NCBI GenBank assembly: GCA_030390025.1 | Contig: CM059452.1 | Coordinates: forward strand, 9,610,001 to 9,674,000 | Direction: 5' to 3' | DNA: 64,000 bases | Origin: Squalus acanthias | Lineage: Eukaryota | In this document: positions 48,190 through 60,661 of the stretch, piece by piece | Numbering within the stretch: position 1 is the stretch's first letter | Layout: each line of letters opens with the position of its first letter | Program-made: the position numbers and the translations under genes | Notes under the pieces: generated by a model | What the model was told of the DNA's origin: nothing | What the model saw: only the letters and a program-made list of their open reading frames with translations | The model's database searches: none

Positions 48190-51100
48190 AACAGTACAAA
48201 TCAGCCATGGTGGATATTCACCTCTTCCTGCTTGGGAGCAGCAGAGAGAGCGGACCGACCTGTGAGGGAACAGGCGAAGGAGGAGCGAGAAGATAAAGCC
48301 CGATGCTCGAGGCCCAAACCGAGCTCTTGGGAGCAGCAGCGAGAGCGGACCTCAACAGGCAACATTCGAAAGTGACGTCAGAGATTAAAAGTGACGTCGG
48401 CACAAGGAAGGAGCTGAATGGTAAGTAGGACCTGGTGAGTATTTCTACAGTCCAGTCGTTAAAGTATAAGCAAGGTCTCTAGTTTAGAGTAAGTAGTGTT
48501 TAAAGTGAAGTAAGGTCCCTAGTGTATTTAATATTCTTTAATTTAAAGGAAGTAAAGGGAGTAAATTAAGGGTAGGACATGGCAGGGCAGCTCGGCAGTG
48601 TGGAGTGCTCCTCCTGTGCAATGTGGAAAGTCAGGGACACTTTCGGTGTCCAGGGAGAACACGTGTGCAGGAAGTATCTCCTGCTGCAGCTACTCGAAAT
48701 ACGCGTTTCGGAGCCGGAGCTGTAGCTGGAGTCACTGTGGAGCATCCGCAAAGCTGAGATCTTCGTGGATAGCACGTTTAACGAAGTGGTCACACCGCAG
48801 GTAAAGAGTGCACAGGCAGACAGGGAATGGGTGACCGCCAAACAGGGTAAAAGAACTAGGAAGGTAGTGCAGAAGTCCCCTGGGTCCATCTCCCTCTCCG
48901 ACAGATTTTGCGTTTTGGATACTGATGGGGGAGATGGTTTCTCAAAGGAATGCAGCAAGAGCCAAGTGTGGCACTAAGAGTGGCTCAGCTGCACAGGAGG
49001 GGAGGAAAAAGAGTGGGAGAGAAATGGTGATAGGAGATTCTATCGTAATGGGAGCAGATAGACGTTTCTGTGGCCGCAGACGTGACTCTAGGATGGTATG
49101 TTGCCTCCCTGGTGCCAGGGTTAAGGATGTCACTGAACTGCTGCAGGACATTCTGAAGGAGGAGGGTGAACAGCCAGAGGTCGCGGTCCATATCGGTACC
49201 AATGACATAGATAGAAAGAGGGACGAGGTCCTGCAAGCAGAATATCGGGAGCGAGGAAATAAATTAAAAACCAGGACCTCAAAGGTAGTAATCTCAGAAT
49301 TACTTCCAGTGCCACGTGTTAGCGAGAGCAGAAATAGTAGAATAGACCAGATGAATGCGTGGCTGGAGAGATGGTGTAGGAGGGAGGGATTTAAATTCCT
49401 GAGGCATTGGGACCGATTCTGGGGAAGGTGGGACCTGTACAAGCTGGACGGGTTACACCTCGGCAGAAACCGAAAAGCTTCTATAGGTATGTAAAAAGGA
49501 AAAGACTGGCGAAGATAAATGTAGGACCTTTATAGTCAGAGACGGGAGAATTTATAATGGGGAATGAGGAAATGGCAGAGAAATTAAATAAATACTTTGT
49601 TTCTGTCTTCACAAGACACAAGAAACCTCCCAGAAATACAAGAAAACCAAGGGTGTGACGAGAATGAGGAACTTAAATAAATTATTATTAGTAAAAATAC
49701 AGTACTTGCAAAATTAATGGGACTAAAAGTCGATAAATCCCAAGAACCGGATGACCTACATCCTAGGGTTTTGAAAGAGGTGGCCATTGGAATAGTGGAC
49801 GCATTGGTTGTCATCTTCCAAAATTCTATAGATTCTGGAATGGTTCCTGCAGATTGGAGGATAGCAAATGTAACCCCGCTATTTAAGAAAGGAGGGAGAG
49901 AGAAAACAGGGAATTACAGACCTGTTAGCCTCACATCAGTAATTAGGAAAATGCTGGAATCTATTATAAAGGATGCAATAACTGGGCACTTGGAAACTAA
50001 TAGTAAGATTGGGCAGAGTCAACATGGATTTATGAAAGGGAAATCCTGTTTGACAAACCTATTGGAGTTCTTTGAGGATGCAACTAGTGGAGTAGACAAA
50101 GGGGAACCGGTAGATGTGGTGTATCTGGATTTTCAGAAGGCCTTCGATAAGGTCTCACACAAGAGGTTGGTGAACAAAATTAGGGCACATGGAATTGGGG
50201 GTAATATACTAGCATAGATTGAGAATTGGTTAACAGACAGTAAAAAGCAGTAGGGATAAACGGGTCTTTTTCAGGATGCCAGGCTGTGATTAATGGGGTA
50301 CCGCAAGAATCGGTGCTTGGGTCCCAGCTATTCACAATCGATATCAATGATTTGGATGAGCGGACTAAATGTAACATTTCCAAATTTGCTGATGATACAA
50401 AACTAGGTGGCAGTGTCAGTTGCGAAGAGGATGTGAGTGGGCGAGAACATGACAGATTGAATATAATGAGGATAAATGTGAAGTTATCCACTTTGGTAGA
50501 AAAATCAGAAAGGCAGAGTATTTCCTAAATGGTGAAAGATTGGGGAATGCAGATGCTCAAAGGGATATGGGTGTCCTTGTACATGAGTCACGGAAAGTGA
50601 ATGTGCAGGTGCAGCAAGCCATTCGGAAGGCAAATGGTATGCTGGCCTTCATTACACGAGGATTTGAGTACAGGAGTAAAGAAGTCTTACTCCAATTATA
50701 TAGGGCCTTGGTGAGACCACACCAGGAGTACTGTGTACAATTTTGGTCTCCTTACCTAAGGAAGGATATACTTGCCATAGAGGGAGTGCAACAAAGGTTC
50801 ACGAGATTGCTTCCTGGGAAGGCGGGACTGTCGTATGAGAAGAAATTGAGTAAACTAGGCCTGTATTCTCTTGAATTCAGAAAAATGAGAGGGGATCTCA
50901 TTGAAGCATACAAAATGATTACAGGACTTGATAGGATGAATGCTGGGAGAATGTTTCCCTTAGCTGGGGAGTCTAGAACCAGGGGCCACAGCCTCAAGAT
51001 AAAGGGTAGGACATTCAGGGCTGAGATGAGAAAAAATGTCTTCACACAGAGGGTGATGAATCTTTGGAATTCTCTACCCCAGAGGGCTGTGGAGGCTCAG

Positions 51101-51273
51101 TCATTGGGTATATTAAAAAGAGAAGTCGATAGATTTCTGACTAGTAAGGACATCAAGGGATATGGCGATAGGGCCGGTGAATGGAGTTGAGGCAGAAGAT
51201 CAGCCATGATCTCATTGAATGGCAGAGCAGGCTCGAATGGCTGACTCCTGCTCCTATTTCTTATGTTCTTATT
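48190..51273 (+). mobile_element. Degenerate CR1 LINE with 5' UTR, ORF1 (Zn-finger/coiled-coil plus SGNH esterase) and internally deleted ORF2
   Basis: ECSSCAMW..VIGDSIV..HIGTND..DGLHL. Jumps at about 49470 into mid-ORF2 with no APE domain; RT motifs DFQKAFD, FADD; CR1 tail. Confidence 0.9.
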
Positions 51274-51435
51274 CTGTGAGTATTACCCATCTGGTTTTAA
51301 TCACTCTGCTCTATAAACTGCTGCACTTCAATGTCAATGGGGTTGGGAGGAGGCTCGTGTGCAACATAAAGACAGGTATAGACCAGTTGGGACGAATGAC
51401 CTGTTTCTGTGCTGTACATTCTGTGTAATTAGTAA

Positions 51436-51723
51436 ATTGTGACCAAAGATGCTCCGAGTTCGGCCCAGAATTCTCAACCTGCCCGAGAGTTCGCAGTGGA
51501 AGGAAACCCCGTCAGGATCCAGGGTGGGTTCAGCAACACAGACAACATCTGTTGGTACAGCCGACTGGTGAGCGAGGCCCCGAGATACATCCATTGTGGA
51601 TTCAAAGGAGAGCGCCAGCAAGTCCGGTTTAAGATCCACACCGACCGGGATCAAAGTCTGAGCGCACTCGGCATCGGCCAGGCAGAGTTGGCAGATACCG
51701 GAATCTATTACTGTGCCGTGGGC
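51436..51723 (+). pseudogene. Leaderless atypical V exon (C23->G)
   Basis: VRIQG..NICWYSR..YIHCG..DTGIYYCAVG. RSS CACAGTG(51724-51730)-23-ACAATATCT(51754-51762). CR1 tail directly upstream. Confidence 0.75.
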
Positions 51724-52378
51724 CACAGTGTGGGGGAAAGGCCCCGCTCTCCTACAATATCTCCTCTCTGACCAAAGCCTTGGTAGATTGGGTGACAGTC
51801 AAATCGGTCCCGAAATCGACCAGTTCAGGCAAAGGGCGGTGGTCAATCCGCAATTATACTTCTCAATATAAATTAAGGTGAAATTCCTTTTTATTTCACA
51901 TTTCTGCTCATTAATTTTATAATTTCCTTACAGTTGTTTTTCTATTTCCCACCACTAGTTTCAGCCCCTGGTTTTAACCCATTTCACTGTTGAAGACTTT
52001 GGCAACTATCGAATGTATAATAATTCTGCAATTCCTGTCGCCAATCTACTTGACCCGAATTTGTAACGAATGTGAAAGTGACGCAGCCCTTATATAAAGG
52101 CAGAGTTGTATAATTTCCGAAGGGGACATTATTATTGAATTCAGTTCCTCACAGGTGGATCCCACGTGTGACAACACTGCCCGCGGTAGCCCCGCCCACA
52201 GCTTCCGTTTGCTGCTCTCGCTCTGACCCGCCTTGCCTGCCCTGTGTTATTGGAGAGATTGCTGCCGCTGCTCCCTGTTTGGCATTGGTTGGATCAGCAG
52301 TGCAGTGGGGCGGGAATCTGTATTTCTGTTCCGACAGAGGATTTCTCGGACTGCAGATTTACAGATTCAAGGAACATC

Positions 52379-52847
52379 GTGCGGAACCGTCTCGCACCGC
52401 TGCTCGTCATTATATCAAATCTCAGTAAGTATTTCCTTCCCAGTTAAAATCCATTCTCCCCCTGACTGCTGTAACCCAGATATTATTATTGGTGAAATGA
52501 TGATGAAGACGATAATATGATGATGATTATTACTATTTTTTAATTTTAGAATGGAACCAACAAGACACAGTGGAACAGCCGGTTCCCGAAATGAGGGTTG
52601 AAGAGGAAAGTAATGTCACACGAACCTGCACCTTGAAAACCAGCGATCCTAACCCTTCTGTGTTCTGGTACAGTCAGCACCCCGGGCAGACTCCACAGTA
52701 CGTGCTCTATGGAGCGATAGTAAACCGGAATGCTGACTTCACTGACCGATTCTCTCCTACGTTCAATCGAACTACCAAGATTACCGAGCTAACGATCAGC
52801 AAAGCCCTGATCTCCGACACCGCCGTGTATTTCTGTGCCATGAGCCC
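52379..52847 (+). pseudogene. EQPV-family V segment with ATG->GTG leader
   Basis: Leader 52379-52424 starts with GTG. V exon 52550-52847 is open. RSS CACTGCT(52848-52854)-22-ACAAAAACC(52877-52885). Confidence 0.8.
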
Positions 52848-52909
52848 CACTGCTGCAGAGATATAGCGGCTCCCGCACAAAAACCCACACTGAGAGTTCC
52901 AAATAGTGC

Positions 52910-52923
52910 TCACCAGAGGGCGC
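52910..52923 (+). promoter_or_regulatory. CTCF-type motif 24 bp 3' of RSS
   Basis: TCACCAGAGGGCGC. Confidence 0.7.
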
Positions 52924-53318
52924 TCTCACCCCGATAAACAGAATCAACAATTCAGCCTCCACAGTGAGAGACACAGGGACCTTCTTAAAAGGGAAATAAA
53001 ATACAACTCTCAACCATAACCGGTGAGGCTCACCGGTGGAATTATATTAGTTGGTGATTTTAACTCGCATTTATAGTAAAAAATACATTGCGCAAAGGCA
53101 ACTGCGGCGCCTTTTGTCTTTCGATGCCCTTACCGTGCCCCCCTGTCCCTTCTCGTCCCCTGTCTCCACTCTTTACTTGTAATCATATGAATTTCCTTAT
53201 TCCAGTCTTTAGTTTAACGATGTAAAGCCTTTTCTGCCGCTCGGCATATTAATTCAGAACCGCTCCAACCCAGCTTCCCAAAACAGGAATTGCAGACAGG
53301 GCAGTCAGTAAACGCAGT

Positions 53319-53430
53319 GGCCTAGAGATTCGTCTCGGTCCAGGGAACTGAATATCAGGCGCTGCGTATAACCGGCGGCCGATCCGATACCGCCCGTCTT
53401 GCGCCACTGCCCGGGACGAATTTCTGGGCC
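53319..53430. mobile_element. 112-bp MITE
   Basis: Imperfect 20-bp TIRs (GGCCTAGAGATTCGTCTCGG / CCGGGACGAATTTCTGGGCC). Absent from the inverted paralog at about 17280. Confidence 0.7.
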
Positions 53431-53479
53431 GGAATTTCTCACACCCTGTGCACCGGCATCTGAACAGTTCTCCGAACAT

Positions 53480-53493
53480 CCACCAGAGGGCGT
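53480..53493 (+). promoter_or_regulatory. CTCF-type motif
   Basis: CCACCAGAGGGCGT. Confidence 0.65.
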
Positions 53494-54698
53494 CAGGTCA
53501 AAATATTCCTTTTGTGGATCAGACTCCGGGGCTTTGAGTTAAATGTGTTTTCTCTAATTGTTGTGCAAATGTTGGAATGAATTGAAGATTAACATTTGAA
53601 ATCCACTTGCCACAATGGACGTCGGGCAATAATCATCACAAAAGGCATCCATCATATCGAAGGATTTAATTCTGAAACTAACCAATGGGCAGGACAAGTG
53701 AGTGGAAAGGTGTGGAAGATGGGGAAAGGAATATTAAAATGTGAGTGAAAGACACATCCTGAGATCTGATTTCTGAAGCCATTAACTGTACCGATGGTGG
53801 AGATCGAGGTTAAAGGAGCGAAAGACAAACCGAAACCGCCTGTAGTTTGTTTCTTTTCCGGCGCCACATCCTTTTCTAATATGAGTGAAAGTTGAAAGGA
53901 CAGTTTTTCATGTCCTGCTGGTGTTGGGCTCTTGTTAACGAGATCCCGCCCGACACCTCACCCTGGGGGTTTGACCCCGGTCCCGCCGCTCTGCTCCCGG
54001 GCACTTTAAGCAGATGAGCGGTAAGTTGCTGAAAAGCGCCGCTCCCTCCATTCTCTCTCATTGCAAATCCAAAATGTGAAAACTAGGGATCCTAAAATTA
54101 ATCATTACAGGCACAAAGATGGCCCCAATTCACCAGATATAACTAAAAACATTTTGAATGCAAACCACAGAAGGGGACGGTGCTTGAAACACTGCTTAAA
54201 TTACAGGGAGAGCTTATTCTTCATGTCCCTTCAATAGTTTGTTCAGTAACGGATCTATAAATCACTCCGATAAAATACCGGGTCATTGATAGTTCACTAG
54301 TAAATGGAAGCGTGAGGGAAAGCTCACTGGAGTCACGGTTACCGGTGTCCCGACGGCAAAACTAACGGAATTCTGGAGAAAGAATTGATCTCGGAATAAA
54401 CCATAATTCATTAACAATCCCTGAGCTTCCCGGTTACAATAACCTGACCAGGGTTTCATTCCCACTCCCGGTCTCTAAAAGCGGAACCATTCCAAATAAG
54501 GACACTGACTGTGGCCCAGCTCGGTGTGTTTCCATTCACGGGCAGCCAGCCCACCACCTACCGGTCTCACAGCACCACTGGGGACACAAGGAAGTGAGGT
54601 GAGAGCATCCTGAGACACGACAGCAGATTATTGAGGGCGGGGATTAGAACGGGTGTCTTCAAATATCCAACCCCCCTTTTACAGAGCGGACGGCGACA

Positions 54699-55162
54699 AT
54701 GCGGCTACTCAGCATCTGGGCTGTGTGGGGGGCATTTCTGACAGGTAATTGTGGACCAAACTCATTTAACCTCTTCTCTCATTTCTCATATGGTTTGAAT
54801 CTGAATTTTAAACACCCGCCGGTCTGATCTTTTCCTGTTTGAACATGTTTTTCAGATCTGAGTCTTGGAGATTCTGTCACTCAGCCGCTGTCCCCGGGAG
54901 TTAAGACAGAAGGAGAAGCGGTGACTTTAAGCTGTACCTATGATACTACACTGAGCTACTATTATTTATACTGGTACAGGCAGCACCCTGACACACAGCC
55001 CGAGTTTATACTGAGGAAAGGCTCGAGCGGTGATGAATATAAAGCAGATTTTGCTAAAACCCGTTTCTCTGCTGAGCTCCAGACCTCGACTAAATTCACC
55101 AGTTTAACCATCTCGGGGCTGCAGCTGACTGACTCTGCTGTTTATTACTGCGCTCTGGGACT
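54699..55162 (+). CDS. TCR delta-like V segment, apparently functional
   Basis: Leader 54699-54744. V exon from 54856 (LSC..YLYWYRQ..DSAVYYCALGL). RSS CACAGTG(55163-55169)-23-ACAAAAACT(55193-55201). Confidence 0.9.
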
Positions 55163-55539
55163 CACAGTGATGGAAAGCAGTCTCAGCCCTGTACAAAAAC
55201 TGCCATTGGACTGTAGGGCGGAGCTCCTGTCTGTTGGGGTTGTGTGGAATCGCGGGCAGATGCAGCCACAATGAGCAGCGCGCTGTCAGGCGCTCAAACA
55301 CACACCGAGAGGAAACCAAATTAACCTCGGATCAAACTGTCACCCAACTGCTTCCAGGAGCGGCCGAGAAAACAAACTGCAGAATCCAATCGGTCCAAAA
55401 GATCGATCACAGAATGAACCGTCTTTTCTGTTTCTGATCAGCTGTTTTCCCTTAAAGTCATGGATCGATATTCAGAACAGCTCCGAGAAGGAGATTGCTG
55501 ACATTCGCTCGTCACCCAAATATCGCCGAAATCACCGAC

Positions 55540-55810
55540 ATCACATCACTCAAACATGGCCGACTATAGCTCACTCAAACATGGCCGACTGTACGGCACT
55601 CAAACAAGGCCGACTGTACGTCACTCAAATATAGCCGAACGCCACGTCACTCAAACACAGAGCGAGAGAGGCTGACACACAGAATACAGACTGACGTCAC
55701 ACACATAGAATGCAGACTGACGTCATCCAGACTGCACATGAACGTCACACAGACTGCAGACTCACGTCACACAGATTGACGTCACACACAGGCTGCAGAC
55801 TGACGTCACA
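55540..55810. promoter_or_regulatory. Cluster of CRE and AAACATGGCCGA repeats
   Basis: Four perfect TGACGTCA within 55690-55810. Confidence 0.5.
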
Positions 55811-56269
55811 CATACTGCACGGAGTTACCAAAGTACATGGGAAAGGGGGAATCTGCGTGTTTTGCAAGGAATGGTGGAAAAAGGGAGAACCGAGCATTTG
55901 GAAAAGCAGAACAGATAGGGATAAATAGAGATGTAAAACAGACAAGGAACAGAAAAACAAACAGCAGATTAAAATTAAGAAATAGAACAATGGAAGTGAT
56001 TAAATGAAAGGAAGATCTCAGCAATGTACCTGTGCAGCTCAGTGAGGCCCCCCGCGGTGTATCAGCCCTATCCCTGTCTGCTCTGGATGCTTAAAGATCT
56101 GAGCAATGTATCTGTGCAGGTGAGTGAGGACCGATACGGTAGAGAAGCTCAAGGCCTCTCTGGTCTCAAATATTAAAGATATGAGCAATGTATTTATGCA
56201 GCTGAGTGAGGCTTCCCTCGATGAATCAGCTCAGTGCCTGTCTGTACTCAATGGTTAAAGATCTGAGCA

Positions 56270-57610
56270 ATGTCTCAGTTATTATTGTACTAGACCGTGT
56301 CTCTGTTTATATTACACTAGGCCCCATCTCATTATTACTGCAATAGAAAATGCCTCTGTTCATATTACATTAGGCCCTATATTATTTATTACTGCACTAG
56401 ACCATGCCCCTGTTTATATTACACTAGACCATACCTCAGTTACACAGTGCTGGACTATGTCTGTGTTAATATTACACTCGGCCCTGTCTCAGTTATTAAT
56501 GTATTATACCATGTCTCTTTTTATATTACGCAAGGCCTAGTCTCAGTTATTACTACGCTAGATATGTTTCTATTTATATTACACAAGGCCCTGTCTCAGT
56601 TATTACTACTCTAGACATGTTGCTATTTATATTACACTGGGCCCTGACTCTGTTTATATTACACCTGACCATGTCTTAATAATACTGCATTAGACCATCT
56701 CTCTGCTTGTATTACACTAGACCCTGTCTTTTTTAAAACTGCACCATACCATGCCTCTTTTTATAGTACACCGGGCCCTGTCTCTCTTTATAATACATAG
56801 TATTTTCTATTTAGCTTTCGCATGACCCACTGATTGTGCTAGACAGAGCTTGGGACCGTGATCTCACAGCAACGCCTGATGGGCTGCTACAGGTTCCTAA
56901 TGATACCAAGTGCACAACTATCATCTGGTTACCAGGAAGACTGAAAAGAGCACATACAAAGCGTTATATATATACGTGTGTGTGTGTTTGTGTGTGTGTC
57001 TGCGTGTGTGTGCAGTGCACTTCATTCTTAATGTTAACAAGTGTATTCCACAAAGATAACACTAGGCCCTGTCGCAGTTTAATTGACGCTAGACCATGTG
57101 TTTGTTATTACAACACCACTCACTGTCTCTGTTTATATTGCACTGGGCCCTGTCTCATTTAATACTGCACTAGACCCTGTCTCTATTTATATTTCACTGG
57201 GCCCTGTCTCACTTCTTACTGCACTAGTCCCTGTCTCTATTTATATTTATATTACACTAGGCCCTGTCTCAGTTATTACTGCACTAGACCCTGTCTCTAT
57301 TTATATTACACTAGGCCCTGTCTCAGTTATTACTGCACTAGACCTTGTCTCTATTTATATTACACTAGACCCCGTCTCAGCTATTACTGCACTAGGTACT
57401 TTCCCTGTTTATATAAGACCAGGCCCCGTATGAGCTATCAATGCACTATACCTTGTCACTGTTTATTTTTCACAAGGCCCTGTCTCAGTTGCTACTGCAT
57501 TAGACAATGCCTCTGTTTATATTACACTAGGCCCTTTCTCAGTTAATACTGCACTAGATAATGTCTCTATTTATATTAAATTAAATCCTGCCTCTGTTTA
57601 TGTTACAGGA
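56270..57610. repeat. Degenerate 27/54-bp tandem repeat interrupted by unique and TG sequence
   Basis: TTATATTACACTAGGCCCTGTCTCAGTTATTACTGCACTAGACC.. units. Confidence 0.8.
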
Positions 57611-57639
57611 GACCATGTTTGAGTGATAACAGCACCACA

Positions 57640-59810
57640 CCTTATCGCCTGTTTATCCCTCTATCCACCCTATCAATTCCTTTCATCATTTTCAACGCTC
57701 AATTTTATCACACCGTAATCTTCTATATTCAAGCGAATACAAACCCAGTCTATGCGCCCTGTCCTCATAATTTAACCCTGGCGAATCGGCGCTGCACTCC
57801 CTCCGAGGTCAATGTATCTTCCTGAGGAGCGGTGCCTAGTGCTAAAAGCAGTCCTCTAAACGGAGTCTAACCAGATATGTATATTAATGTAAGATAACTT
57901 CTACCCCTTTTTTATTCCAGCCCCCTAGAGATAAAGTCCAACATTCCATTAGCCTTTTAATGAATTGCCTCCAAGTTCCCCTCCAAGTCACACACCATCC
58001 TGACTTGGAAATATATCGCCGATCCTTCATCGTCTCTGGGTCAAAATCCTGGAACTCTCTCCCTAACAGCGCTGTGGGAGAACCTTCACCACACAGGATG
58101 CAGCGGTTCAAGAAGGCGGCTCACCACCACCTTCCCAAGAACAGCTAGGGATGGTCAATAAAGATTGGCTTTGCCAGCGAAGCCCACATCCCAGGTAGGA
58201 ATAAAAACAAAACAAACCTGTTCTGTCCACTATCTTTTAGTGATTTCTGTACTCGGACACCTAAATCTCTAGGGGTTTTATTTGCCCATCCCTAGGCGCC
58301 CTGATGATATTAGGAATCAAGCACGTTAAGTGTGCAGCAGACTCCCTACAATAAATGACATTATTCAACCAATTGTGATTTTTAACAACAGTCCGACAGC
58401 TTTCATCCTCATTTCCTGGTGTCAGCTAACATATTATCAGCTGTATTCGACTTTTGTTTGACGCCATGACGAGATTAGAGCTTACGAACTCCGATTCACT
58501 GGTCTAGTACTCTAACCGCTGGGCTGGTTGGTCCACTGTAAGAGTGATGTCTGCAGTGCAACACGTCTCATTATAGGAATTTATTAAAGTTATAGAAACT
58601 TCAACAGCTTAGATTGACCGGGACGACGAATGGTAACTACAGTTATGATGGGAGACTTGAGATTTCCATTGAAGCAAAAAAGGCTAAGCGATCTAATCGA
58701 GTTTTCATGGTAAAGTGGATTTACTGGAGGGGAGATGGAAAGACTGATTCCTCTGCTTGAGGATTCAATAACGAAAGGTCATCAAATTAAAATTGAGGGT
58801 GTCATAAGTTAGCAAAAATATCTGTAAGGACGCATGGGGTGGGGGGGGGGTTGGGTGGGTGGGGGGAGTTGCTGGAGGATGGGATACTTTGCCACATGGA
58901 GTGTTTGAGGCAGAGAACATTACGTCTTATAAGTGTTGTAGATGTGTTGTCGTTATCTTACTCGATTTGTAATCCAGAGGCCTGAGCTAATAATTTGATT
59001 GCACGAGTTATTAAATTAAAATTGAGAGTGACATAAGTTAGCAAAAATATCTGTATGGACGCGGAGCTGGGGTGGGGGGAGTTGCTGGAGCATGAAAAAA
59101 ACCAACTGGTTCTCTAATGTCTGTTCAGGGAAGGAAACCTGCCGTCCTTACCCCGTCAGGCCTATATGTGACTCCAGTCCCATACTGAACGTGGTTTAAC
59201 TGACTTTAGAGGTGACCTTGCAAGTCCCTCTGTTTTATCAAACACTTGAAAGGAGCAGAACTGCAGTGGTTCGAGAAGAAGACCAACTTCTCAAGGGGCA
59301 ACCAAGGGATGGGCAATAAATGCTGGCCTTGCCAGTGAAGTCCACATCCCGAGAATTAATAACAAAGGGAAAGGTTTAAGATGCAGTTGCATTAACTTCA
59401 GATTGTTGTCCCGACAGCCCGCCGAGATTTCTCTGCTCCTCCAATTCTGGCCTCTTGTGCATTCCCTATTTTAATCGCTCTACAATTGGCGGACGTGCTT
59501 TCAGTTGCCTAGGCACCAAGCTCTCGAATTCCCGGCCTAAACATCTGTCCTAATATCTCCTTGTGTAGCTCGGTGACACATTTTGTTTGATAACGCTCCT
59601 ATGAAGCACCTTGGGACGTTTTACTACGTTAAAGGCGCAGAATAAATGCAAGTTGTTGTTGGGATTGATTGATAGTTTTCCGATTAGGAAAGGATAATAA
59701 GGAATACGGAACCAAGGCTGGTAGATGGAGTTAAGATACAGATCAGCCATGATCTAATGGAATGGCAGAAGAAGCTAGAAAGCTTGCACGGCATACGCCT
59801 ATGTTCCTAC
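57640..59810. mobile_element. Nest of old CR1/L2 LINE and SINE fragments
   Basis: For example, 57965-58205 matches the 3' end of the 38755 element; several degraded CR1 tails. Confidence 0.6.
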
Positions 59811-59923
59811 TTCTTTATTAAATTCGTATCCAGAACTAAACGAAATCGACATTTTCTTTATTAGCAAATAAAATCAATTAAATAATTTGTTCTCCTTTAA
59901 AATTACTGATCCTATTTTACAAT

Positions 59924-60661
59924 GGCCCGAAAATTAGACCTAATACGCGAGAGTACGCACTGTGTACTCTCGCGTTTTAGGTCTCCAATTGCCGGTTTCC
60001 AGCATGCACTGCGCATGCGCTGGAAACCGGCCCTTCGTGAATTCAAAAGGGGGCGGTTCCTAAGTGAACCGCGTGCGCGCTACAGGCTGCGCGCACGCAG
60101 TGCACTTAGTGCTTTGAACGCGCAGGTAAGCATAGAAGATTTTACACATAAAGGAGGCGTAAGACCCTCTTTTAACAAGGTAAGTAGTTAATTAAGTATT
60201 ATTTCAAATTTTTTTCAACAGGTTTATCTTTTTTAGAGACTTTAAAGAAAGGTAAGTTTATTTTTATAACTTTCAAAAAGATTTTAAATTTTTTAAAAAT
60301 TTAATTTTTTGTTTAAAGTGGTTAATTTATTTAACTATACTTATTTTATTAATGTGATGGCTTTTTTTAAATTTAATTGAGGTTTAGCTGTTCTTTTGGG
60401 GGGGTGTAGGATTCATAGCTTTGATAGCCCTTGCTGTTAAAACTATGAATGAAAGATGGTGTGCTGCCATTGGCTCTAACTGAATCACGTGATCCCAGAG
60501 CTCGCACGAACTAATTGCGTCTCTGGGTCACGCAAGCACTGCACAGCTGCAGCCTTGAAACTAAAGTTCGTGTGGGCCCGGAGGAAAAAGGTAGGCGCCG
60601 AGTGAGATATCACGGGGAAGCCTTACCCCCGCGTGAACACTCAGTGTTTAATTTCTGGGCC
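59924..60661. mobile_element. Non-autonomous DNA transposon (MITE-like, about 740 bp)
   Basis: TIRs GGCCCGAAAATT / AATTTCTGGGCC, AAT on both flanks, internal hairpins, AT-rich core. Confidence 0.6.

Noticed and set aside
48925-49494. Host SGNH/GDSL lipase gene
   Set aside because: It is the esterase domain of CR1 ORF1, embedded in a degenerate LINE.
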